Source of the DNA: an uncultured delta proteobacterium
GTDB lineage: Bacteria > Desulfobacterota > RBG-13-43-22
Direction of reading: 5' to 3'
Assembly: GCA_963802945.1 (NCBI GenBank)
Contig: CAWDKY010000016.1
Location: forward strand, 96,001 to 160,000
DNA: 64,000 bases
A program made the translations under genes and the position numbers. Shown piece after piece: positions 11,962 to 21,051 of this stretch (position 1 is its first letter; each line of letters starts with the position of its first letter). Under the pieces are notes generated by a model. That model saw only the letters and a list, made by a program, of their open reading frames with translations. It was not told where the DNA came from and searched no databases.

Positions 11962-12198
11962 ATATTATCATGGGGAAGCCAAGAGGAAGATTCTTTTATA
12001 GGCCCGACAGGGAAGGAAAATTTGTTTCGAAGACAGGAAGGGGGGTTGACTTTAATTTTTAATAGGTTTAAATAAGTTATATTAACTTGGCTTCATAAAC
12101 ATAAAGCGAATAGCCATCAGCAGCCTAACCGCTGGTCGCTGAACACCGAACGTTGAACGCTTTCAGAATCGGAAGGACCGTCCATGAAGCAGCCCACC

Positions 12199-12238
12199 AA
12201 GACCCCATTTTCAAAATTAGAGATGGGGTTTTTGTTTT
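12199..12238 (+). terminator. intrinsic terminator-like hairpin upstream of hsdM
   Basis: AAGACCCCAT...ATGGGGTTTTTGTTTT stem followed by a T tract. Confidence 0.55.
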
Positions 12239-12380
12239 GATAAGGGATATTAAACCGTCATGCCCCGTCGAGGGGCATGACATCACCAGACATGAAAATA
12301 GAGCAGGTCGAATGGTTAGCCTCAAACTCTATTTTCGCACTAAAGAGATAACAGAATGAAAACAAAGAATCGATTCCCCC

Positions 12381-13967
12381 ATGGCCTATAACAATAACGG
12401 AAAATCGCTCGAATCCTGGATTTGGGATGCGGCCTGTTCCATCCGCGGGGCCAAGGATGCACCGAAATATAAGGACTATATTCTCCCGCTCATTTTTACC
12501 AAGCGCCTTTGTGATGTCTTTGATGACGAATTGAATCGCATTGCCAAGGAAGTCGGCTCCCGGGCCAAGGCCTTCAGAATGGTCAGGCAGGACAAGAAGC
12601 TGGTCCGGTTTTATTTACCCTTGGAGCCGAAGAACCCCAACGACTCGGTCTGGTCGGTCATCCGAACCGGTAAGGATACAACCAGGTCACCTGAAGATAG
12701 ATATCTGGAAAAACTGGGTCAAGAGCTGACGACCTACCTGCGGGCCATTGCCAACGCCAATCCATTACTCAAAGGGATTATTGATAGAATCGACTTCAAT
12801 GCCACCACCCACGGCCAGCGCGACCTTGATGATGATCGTCTTTCCAACCTCATTGAGAAGATCAGTCTGAAGCAACTCGGCTTGGCCGACGTGGAACCGG
12901 ACATTATCGGGCGAAGCTACGAATACCTTATCCGCAAATTTGCTGAAGGCAGCGGCCAGAGCGCCGGCGAATTCTATACACCGGCTGAAGTCGGCTTCGT
13001 CATGGCCAGGATCATGGATCCGGAACCGGGCACGGAGGTTTACGACCCTTGTTGTGGCTCAGCCGGACTGCTTATCAAATGCCAGTTGACTCTGGAAAAG
13101 AAGATGAGTCTTCGATCCAAAACCAAATATGCTCCGCTTACTCTTTACGGTCAGGAGTACGTGCCTGAAACCTGGGCCATGGCCAACATGAACATGATCA
13201 TTCATGACATGGAGGGACAGATCGAGATCGGAGATACCTTCCGCAATCCGAAGTTTCGGAAAAACAATCGCCTTCAGACCTTTGACCGGGTGGTAGCCAA
13301 TCCCATGTGGAATCAGGATTGGTTTGTAGACAAGGACTACGAGAATGACGAACTGGACCGTTTCCCGAAAGGGGCCGGGTTCCCAGGTCGCAAGGCCGAT
13401 TGGGGCTGGGTTCAGCACATGCTGGCCAGCCTGAATGAGAAAGGCCGGGCGGCTATAGTCCTCGACACCGGGGCCGCTTCCCGTGGTTCAGGCAATGCCT
13501 CCAAGAACAAGGAAAAGGAAGTCCGCAAATGGTTCGTGGAACAGGATCTGATCGAAGGGGTTATTTATCTCCCGGAAAATCTTTTTTATAATACCACGGC
13601 CCCGGGGATCATCCTTTTCCTGAACAAGGCCAAGCCGAAGGATCGAAAGAACCGCCTTTTTCTCCTTAACGCCGCCCGTGAATTTGCCAAGGGGGACCCG
13701 AAAAACTATATCACCGATGAAGGGATCATTCGGATCAGCGAAACCTTTAAGGCCTGGAAGGAAGAGAACAAGTTCTCCCGGATCGTCCTGAATGAAGAAG
13801 TAGCTAAGAACGACTACAACATTTCCCCCAGCCGTTACATTCATACAGGGGAAGGCGAGGAATACCGGCCCATTGCTGAGATTGTTGAAGAATTGAATGT
13901 CTTGGAGGAAGAGGCAAAAGCCACCGATGCCGCTCTCAAGGGTATTTTAAAGAAGCTCGGAATATGA
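12381..13967 (+). CDS. hsdM: type I restriction-modification methyltransferase subunit M
   Basis: WDAACSIRG N-terminal domain, GEFYTP, YDPCCGSAG (motif I), ANPMW (motif IV variant), LFYNT, YNISPSRY. Confidence 0.95.
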   Translation: MAYNNNGKSLESWIWDAACSIRGAKDAPKYKDYILPLIFTKRLCDVFDDELNRIAKEVGSRAKAFRMVRQDKKLVRFYLPLEPKNPNDSVWSVIRTGKDTTRSPEDRYLEKLGQELTTYLRAIANANPLLKGIIDRIDFNATTHGQRDLDDDRLSNLIEKISLKQLGLADVEPDIIGRSYEYLIRKFAEGSGQSAGEFYTPAEVGFVMARIMDPEPGTEVYDPCCGSAGLLIKCQLTLEKKMSLRSKTKYAPLTLYGQEYVPETWAMANMNMIIHDMEGQIEIGDTFRNPKFRKNNRLQTFDRVVANPMWNQDWFVDKDYENDELDRFPKGAGFPGRKADWGWVQHMLASLNEKGRAAIVLDTGAASRGSGNASKNKEKEVRKWFVEQDLIEGVIYLPENLFYNTTAPGIILFLNKAKPKDRKNRLFLLNAAREFAKGDPKNYITDEGIIRISETFKAWKEENKFSRIVLNEEVAKNDYNISPSRYIHTGEGEEYRPIAEIVEELNVLEEEAKATDAALKGILKKLGI

Positions 13968-15097
13968 AGAAAAAGAATAGCTCAATAGTACAAATTCGGG
14001 ACGCACTGCGTCCCGAATTCTATAGGACCATCGCTGAAATTCTGCGGATTGCCCGTGTCAAAGCCTATCGAGCGGTCAATTTCACTATGGTTGAGGCCTA
14101 TTGGAATGTAGGTCGGATGATCGTTGAGGAGGAGCAGAAAGGGAAAGAGCGTGCAGATTATGGAATCTTTCTTATCCGTAATCTTTCAAGTTGTTTGAAA
14201 CAAGAATTTGGTAATGGCTTTACTGAGAGAAATCTGCGTAATTTTCGTCAATTTTATTTATGGTTTCCAATTCGGCACGCACTGCGTGCCGAATCTTCTG
14301 AAATTCACAAAAAAGAGCCATTACCTGACAACCCGGAGTCAATTCGGAACGCACTGCGTTCCGAATTGACCTGGACCCATTACCGGTTACTGCTCCGTGT
14401 TGAAAATCCGAAGGCTCGGGAATGGTATATGAACGAAGCCGCCGATCAGAATTGGAGTACCCGCGCCCTGGAAAGGCAGAACAACTCTTTATATTACGAA
14501 CGCCTGCGCATGAGTCGGGATAAGGCTCCGGTGAAGGCTGAAGCCATTGATAATATTTCGGCGCTTCCCGCCAAACCCGAGGATTTCATAAAGGACCCCT
14601 ATGTCCTTGAATTTCTCGGCATGCCCGATTCCCATAAATTCCGTGAATTCGAACTGGAACAGGCCATCATCGAGAAACTTCAGGAGTTCATCCTCGAACT
14701 CGGTCGCGGATTTGCTTTCGTCGCCCGCCAGAAACGTATCCCAACAGAGACGAAAGATTTCTTCGTTGATCTTGTTTTCTATAACTACATTCTTAAATGC
14801 TTTGTCTTAATTGATCTTAAAACCGGCGAACTCACCCACCAGGACATCGGCCAGATGGATATGTATGTCCGGCTTTACGAGGACAAGATGAAGGGGGAAG
14901 GTGACAACCCAACCATTGGTATCATCCTCTGCACAGAAAAAGACGCCACGGTTGTCAAATATTCCGTGTTAAAAGGGAACAAACGCCTTTTCGCCTCCAA
15001 ATATAAGCTCTACCTGCCCACCGAGCAGGAGCTGATCGAAGAAATCCAACGGGAAAAACAGCTGATTCTCAAGGAACGCCAGGAACGGTATGGATGA
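13964..15097 (+). CDS. YhcG/DUF1016 family PD-(D/E)XK nuclease-domain protein
   Basis: YWNVGRMIVEEEQ, LTWTHY, IKDPYVLEFL, ELGRGFAFVARQ, DLVFYN, GQMDMY, PTIGIILC. Confidence 0.92.
   Translation: MKKKNSSIVQIRDALRPEFYRTIAEILRIARVKAYRAVNFTMVEAYWNVGRMIVEEEQKGKERADYGIFLIRNLSSCLKQEFGNGFTERNLRNFRQFYLWFPIRHALRAESSEIHKKEPLPDNPESIRNALRSELTWTHYRLLLRVENPKAREWYMNEAADQNWSTRALERQNNSLYYERLRMSRDKAPVKAEAIDNISALPAKPEDFIKDPYVLEFLGMPDSHKFREFELEQAIIEKLQEFILELGRGFAFVARQKRIPTETKDFFVDLVFYNYILKCFVLIDLKTGELTHQDIGQMDMYVRLYEDKMKGEGDNPTIGIILCTEKDATVVKYSVLKGNKRLFASKYKLYLPTEQELIEEIQREKQLILKERQERYG
13993..14370. repeat. three intragenic palindromes ATTCGGnACGCAcTGCGTnCCGAAT in yhcG
   Basis: Copies at 13993-14019, 14270-14294 and 14338-14370 (the last has perfect 16-bp arms). 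Confidence 0.9.
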
Positions 15098-16615
15098 ATC
15101 TGAATTGAGAAAAAAATGAATGCAAAGAAAATAGACCTGATCCTCGGCCCTCTTATTTAAAAAAGATCGGTTTTATTTGGGGTGGAAGTGGAAGTAACGT
15201 GAGAAAGAAGAGTACCCCTTTCTCCGGTTGGACAAATTTAAACTTGAAAATTAATATTGTCCATGATAAACCTAAAGACATGATTCCTCGAACTCTGGAA
15301 CAGACCATCCGAAGGGCCCTGAAAACTTTCCCGGCTACCTTGGTGACCGGCCCGAGACAGTCAGGAAAAACCACCCTTTTAAAGGAACGGTTCGGGAAAA
15401 GTCATCATTTCATTTCTTTGGAAGACCCGGATCTTCGCCGAATGATTGAAGAAGATCCTCGCGGCTTTCTGGCCGACCATCCCCCGCCGGTCATTCTCGA
15501 TGAAATACAGTATGTTCCCCAACTTCTTCATTTCATAAAATCAGCAATTGATCGGGATCGCCGGGCAGGGCAATGGCTTCTTTCCGGATCGCAAAGTTTT
15601 TCTTTGATGCAAGGGGTCACCCAGTCCCTCTCTGGACGAGTGGCCGTTCTTTCTTTGCTCCCCCTTTCTCAGGAAGAAAAACGGGGGATTAAGGGAAAGG
15701 GTTTAACCCTGGATCAGATCTTGAGGGCAACTTTTTCACATCCGGACAAATCCTCTCAAACCCCACCGGGAAGGAAAACCCTCAACCTTGAGGATTGGAT
15801 TTTACGTGGTTGTTTTCCGGAAATTAGGACAAATCCAGAGGTCGATCGTCAACTCTGGATGGGAAGCTATATCCAGACTTATCTGGAACGCGATGTCAGG
15901 CAAATAGTTAATGTAGGGGACCTGACTACCTTCCATCGGTTTTTAAGGCTTACCGCAGCCAGAACCGGTCAAATATTGAATCTTTCCGACCTGGCCAGGG
16001 ATGTCGGGATGAGTGTTCCCACCATCAAGAAGTGGATTAGTATCCTCGAAGCCAGCTACCAGATCTTCCTTCTGCCCCCCCATTTTAACAATCTTGGCAA
16101 ACGGATAATTAAAAGCCCTAAGATTTATTTTTTAGATACCGGGGTGGCCAGCTATTTAATGGGTCTTCATAGCCCCGAACCTCTGAGAAGGGGGCCTATG
16201 ATCGGCCCCCTTTTTGAAACCATGGTGGTCTCCGAATGGGTGAAGACCTTTTACCATCGGGGAGAAAGGCCGGAGCTTTTTTATTGGCGTTCAAAGTTAG
16301 GAATGGAGGTGGACCTGATCATCGACCGCAATGGGAGGCTTTATCCCATGGAGATCAAATCAACCGCTACTTTGCTTCCAGGCCATGTAGAGGCCTTATT
16401 GAAATGGAAGGATCTGGCCGGTAAAACCGCAACACAGGGACTGGTCATAGCCAATATCGAACAACTATGGAATTATAAAGGCCTGCGAGCTCTTTCTTGG
16501 GAAAGAATATGGTAGGGTTTTATTGAATAGCCTGCCCACCGAGCAGGAACTGATCGAGGAAATTCAGAGGGAGAAACATTTGATCCTCAAGGAACGCCAG
16601 GAACGGCATGGATAA
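15013..16615 (+). repeat. diverged ~85 bp direct repeat of the yhcG 3' end (15013-15097 and 16531-16615) flanking the AAA gene
   Basis: CCTGCCCACCGAGCAGGA...TGATCGA...CTCAAGGAACGCCAGGAACGG-ATGGAT occurs at both sites. Confidence 0.85.
15280..16515 (+). CDS. AAA_14 ATPase with DUF4143 C-terminal domain
   Basis: GPRQSGKTT Walker A, ILDEIQ Walker B, YLERDVR, KSPKIYFLDTG, EVDLI...EIKS. Start placed at ATG 15280. Confidence 0.9.
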   Translation: MIPRTLEQTIRRALKTFPATLVTGPRQSGKTTLLKERFGKSHHFISLEDPDLRRMIEEDPRGFLADHPPPVILDEIQYVPQLLHFIKSAIDRDRRAGQWLLSGSQSFSLMQGVTQSLSGRVAVLSLLPLSQEEKRGIKGKGLTLDQILRATFSHPDKSSQTPPGRKTLNLEDWILRGCFPEIRTNPEVDRQLWMGSYIQTYLERDVRQIVNVGDLTTFHRFLRLTAARTGQILNLSDLARDVGMSVPTIKKWISILEASYQIFLLPPHFNNLGKRIIKSPKIYFLDTGVASYLMGLHSPEPLRRGPMIGPLFETMVVSEWVKTFYHRGERPELFYWRSKLGMEVDLIIDRNGRLYPMEIKSTATLLPGHVEALLKWKDLAGKTATQGLVIANIEQLWNYKGLRALSWERIW

Positions 16616-17945
16616 GCGGATGAAGAAGACGAAACAAATTTCCTCCGTGATTCAAAAAAGTAACGTCATATCGACAGAGATTGGAAACCTTCCACGTAAT
16701 TGGCCGGTTCAGCGGTTTGATGCTATCTTTGCAGTCCAGCAAGGGAAACAGGTATCGAAGAGTAATCGGGTTGGTGAAAATCAGCGGCCATTTCTTCGGA
16801 CAAAAAATATTTTCTGGGGGAAAATCGATTTATCTGAGATTGATGAAATGCATTTTTCAGAAGCCGATGAAAGAAGATTGTCTTTAGAGCCCGGAGATTT
16901 GCTTATTTGTGAGGGCGGTGATATTGGCCGTACAGCAATTTGGCAAGCTGAACTTACCTCCTGTTACTATCAGAATCATCTTCACCGTGCACGAATAAAA
17001 GATTTAACAACTGCTGATTCAAAATTTGTTCTTTATTGGCTGTGGTACGCATTCGAGATTGGTAGTGTTTATTTTGGGAGGGGGAATGTGACCACAATCC
17101 CCAACCTCTCACAGTCTAAACTGTGCGAGCTTCCATTGCCTGTTCCCCCTTTACAAGAGCAGCAGCAAATTGCCCACATATTGGGGATTGTGCAGAGGGC
17201 TATTGAACAGCAGGAGCAGATTATTCAGAAGACCACGGAACTAAAAAAATCCCTTATGCAAAAGCTTTTTACTGAAGGCCTCCGCGGCGAACCCCAAAAA
17301 CAAACCGAAATCGGCCCAGTGCCAGAGAGTTGGGATGTGGCAAAATTTGCCGACTTGTTCCAGATTAAGCACGGCTACGCATTTGATGGGACATTTTTTA
17401 TGCCCAACGGTCATTACATACTTCTGACGCCAGGTCATTTCTTCGAAGGCGGGGGCTTTCGTGATCAGGGTGAGAAGACAAAATATTATATAGGTGATTT
17501 CCCAGCGGGCTACCTTCTCAAAAAAGAAGACCTCCTCGTAGTAATGACGGAACAGAAGGAAGGTCTTCTCGGAAGTTCGGCCCTTGTGCCAGAGTCGGAC
17601 CGTTACCTGCACAATCAGCGGCTTGGTCTGATTCAAAAATTGGATGAAACGCGTTTGCGCAAAGGCTTTCTCTACCACCTATTTAACACACCAGAGATTA
17701 GAAAACGTATCTCTATGACCGCGAGCGGCTCCAAAGTCCGACATACATCGCCAAGCAAGATTCGAGAAGTTTGTGTAGCTTTACCTCCACTAGAGGAGCA
17801 ACGTCTTTCGTTTGAGATTCTCGAATGTGTGGACAAAAGTATAGACGTGGCAAAGCGCAAGCAAACGGTGCTCAACGAACTATTCCGCACGCTTTTACAC
17901 CAGTTAATGTCAGTACAATTGGAGGACAAAAGATATGCCTGTTAA
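16608..17945 (+). CDS. hsdS: type I R-M specificity subunit S
   Basis: Two TRDs with conserved blocks EIGNLPRNW, VPPLQEQQQIA, LMQKLFTEG, EIGPVPESW, LPPLEEQ. Confidence 0.92.
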   Translation: MDKRMKKTKQISSVIQKSNVISTEIGNLPRNWPVQRFDAIFAVQQGKQVSKSNRVGENQRPFLRTKNIFWGKIDLSEIDEMHFSEADERRLSLEPGDLLICEGGDIGRTAIWQAELTSCYYQNHLHRARIKDLTTADSKFVLYWLWYAFEIGSVYFGRGNVTTIPNLSQSKLCELPLPVPPLQEQQQIAHILGIVQRAIEQQEQIIQKTTELKKSLMQKLFTEGLRGEPQKQTEIGPVPESWDVAKFADLFQIKHGYAFDGTFFMPNGHYILLTPGHFFEGGGFRDQGEKTKYYIGDFPAGYLLKKEDLLVVMTEQKEGLLGSSALVPESDRYLHNQRLGLIQKLDETRLRKGFLYHLFNTPEIRKRISMTASGSKVRHTSPSKIREVCVALPPLEEQRLSFEILECVDKSIDVAKRKQTVLNELFRTLLHQLMSVQLEDKRYAC

Positions 17946-20900
17946 TGACGAGGAACGTACTCAGTCTGTACCAGAAGAAGAGGCCTTAAGAATGATCGGT
18001 GAACTTACTCTAGGCCTTCATATGAATCATTCAAAGGAATTGAATTGTGGCTTACCTGCAGAAAGGCAATGGACTTCGTCACAAATAAATTCGTCTGATT
18101 TTTTTATAGAGGAGAATATCGTTCGATTTCCATCAATTGAGGCACGCAACCGTTTTATTGCTTCGTATGTATTCGAGAAAAATCGGCAGGCATTTGCAAA
18201 AAACCCCCAAATGTGGCTCACAACAGCTAAAGATCTATGGCGGTGCGAGATTGGCAATCAAGATACTGCATCAGGACGCCTTCTGGCATTTGTGCATAAG
18301 GAGGAAAATTTATTTGCCATTGCGATAAATGCGATTGAAGAAGAATTAATGGAGGTCTTTGATGTCCTTCATTTAATCGAAGCAGCACTACCATATCTTG
18401 ATGATTTAACAGCCGATCAGATTCTCAAACTCTGCAATGTTCAGCATGAAAAGACAAAAAACGATTTTGCTGGCGGTATGTTTTTCAATAAACTCGAGAA
18501 AACTCTGGTAAATCATCAAGATATTTGTCGGACGATACATGACCGCCTCAGACTGGATCCCCTTGAGACAACAATTAACCTGCACCCGGTTGTTCTTATA
18601 GCACTTTCTAAGTCAGAGTTGGAGAGTGCAGTTAAACTTGCCCTTATAGATACACAATCTTCAAATATAATTCTTAAAAGCAAGGCTTTGTGGACCCTTG
18701 GGCTCTTACTCTCCTCACCGGCTGATTTGAAGGAAATGATACCAACTGTTTCATCTACTATCATTAATAATATGTCAGATCCGATTGAAAAAGTGCGTAC
18801 AACAGCGATTTATGCTGCCGCCAATGCCGTTATGATTGCTGATGCATTTATTGAACCTCTAAGTAAATTAGCTGAAGCCGATAATCAAGATGCACTTGCT
18901 GCAATTGCTAATATAATGATGCTCAATATAAAGGAGATGAAAACCAAGGCCTTTTTTAATGAATGGGTTAAACTTCTTTGCAAGCTGACACCTCAATCAA
19001 ACTTGGCTATCGACAATTTAGATCAGATACTAAGACAGCTATTATCTGAGGAAGGTCACCAAAAATTTGTTATTTCTTGTTTGACTGAATGGGCCGAACT
19101 CAATTCAAAAGACATCCACCGAGATAAGTCTATTCCAGAATTGTTTGATGGGACTATGTATGAATTAGTAAATCAACCAGTTTTACTTTCCCAGATGATT
19201 ACCGAGTGGTTTCTTTCAGATTTCAAACAACTAGCCTCTGCAGCGGCTGGAGTCCTGTCCCATTTGCTAGTTAGGGGATTAAAAAACCCCGAATTTGATC
19301 CTCAACGATTAGATACTCTGGATCAAAAAGATTTGGTATTCTTGGCAAGGCGAATGTTGGGTTATGTTTCCTCTGAAGAACATCTATTGTCATTAACGAT
19401 GTCTTTTCTCAAAACTAAAAATGCCGAAACAAGAACTTTTGGTATCGTTCATTCCTTGTTATAGTGAACGTCTTAAATAAGTGGACATAAAGATTTTATC
19501 TTTTGAGGTTTCCATCGTTGCGACCTTTTAAAGACAGAGACCTCCAGGGTTTCAAGAGTCTCAAAAAAGGCATTCGTTGTTTCCTCATAGCGCATGGTTC
19601 GCCAAAGAGTTTCTTGATAATTCAGCTCCGGATGGTAGGGCGGAAGATAGTGAAGATGCACTCGACGGTGTTGACTCCGAAAGTGCTCCACCATCTCTCC
19701 CCTGTGCCATGGGGCTCGATCTATCCAAAGATCGATACTCTTATCTTTGAAACGTATCATGATGCTTTTGAGAAGCCGCATAAAGCCCTCGGTATTGCCC
19801 TTCCTCCATTTCATCATGCCATGCAGCCCATCAACGGGAGCGACCCATCCAAAGAGATTAAGCCGCTTCTGATGTTGGCTCCGGGTGGAGACGTACGGTT
19901 GCGTTCCTTTCTTTACCCAGACACGACCCAGCCTCGGATGAAGACTAAACCCGCTTTCGTCCTCAAACAGAATGATTCTTCTTCCTTCGCTCTTTTCGGC
20001 CTGGCGGAGTTTTTTTTAATTCCCTCTGAAATGCCTCTACCCCTTCCTGGGAAGCCTGAACAAACCGGTACATCGGCTGCCTCAGGGAATACCCCAACTG
20101 ACGTATCCACCGTTGGGCATGGCGGACATGGATGGTTATGCGATGAAAACGCTTCAAATATTCCGTCAAGACCACCCCATCCCACCGGACCCGGGCAATG
20201 CCATAGTCTTTCGGAGACTTGGACAAGACCACGTCCAGTTCCCTCTTCAAGCGATCATCCAAGTGGGAAGGCCGGCCAGGGCGAAATCGATCGCGGACAG
20301 CCCCAATTCCCTCCTCGTTGCTCTTATGAATCCATTTCACCACCGTCCACCGGGTCAACCCGAACAGTTCGGCAACAGCCGTGGATTTCCACCCGGCCAA
20401 GAGCAGAAGATAACCGGCGATCCGCATGCCGATCCAAGCTCCCGGAATTTCATCGGCCATTCGTAACAAGGTCTCTCGCGTCATCTTTGGGTGATCGAGG
20501 CTTAGAGCTTTCATGGCTTTCCTCCCAATGTGATTTTATTGGGAGTCATTATAGCATGGAATGCACATAATGTCTACTTATTTATGGCGTTAACTATAAT
20601 TGACGAAATTGGCGAGGATTATCCTGAATCTACAATCGATATATTAAAGAAAGCTAAGGACAATTTGACAGAGCCTGATTGGATAAATTTTTATTCTTTT
20701 ATTGTTGATGAAATAGAAGGACATTTAAAATCTCTCGAAACTTTACCAAACCTTGTAGAGTTAAGACCATCACCAAGTCTCCAGCGTAAATTTGCATTAG
20801 CTCGCGAAAAACAAATGAACAATGCAACTGAGGAGGCCCAAAAAAAATCCATTATCCGCCAACTCGCCACGGAGATCCCAATAAAGGCGGGACATGCATG

Positions 20901-21051
20901 GTTCAGCTTCCGAGAAGGGAGTTATACCAACTCAAGCTATATGCAATCATTTTCCCATTCGGTCACACTACCCCGACGGCATGTCCTTGACTCTGTGGGA
21001 TACGATATAAGTCATCTTTTTATGCGACTTGCCAAGCGGGAGGATGCATGA
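17935..21051 (+). pseudogene. alpha-helical (HEAT/ARM-like) hypothetical protein interrupted by IS630; ~659 aa when rejoined
   Basis: Removing 19462-20598 joins ...GIVHSLL to IDEIGEDYP... in frame. HEAT-like segments such as KSKALWTLG and DPIEKVRTTAIYA. Confidence 0.75.
19462..20596 (-). mobile_element. IS630-family insertion sequence, apparently complete
   Basis: TA duplication at 19460-61 and 20597-98; imperfect ~27 bp terminal IRs (TAGTGAACGTCTTAAATAAGTGGACAT / TAGTTAACGCCATAAATAAGTAGACAT). HTH ORF 20514-19963 with an A-run at LKKT; DDE ORF ending 19473 (DRAPWH, LPPYHPELN). Confidence 0.92.

Noticed and set aside
16608-17945. hsdS shufflon
   Set aside because: Only one hsdS, with no extra TRD cassettes or recombinase in the window.
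19503-20570. 355 aa + strand ORF
   Set aside because: Antisense shadow of the IS630 transposase.
20530-20598. N-terminal 23 codons of ORF 20530-21051
   Set aside because: They are IS630 terminal sequence; the host gene resumes at 20599.
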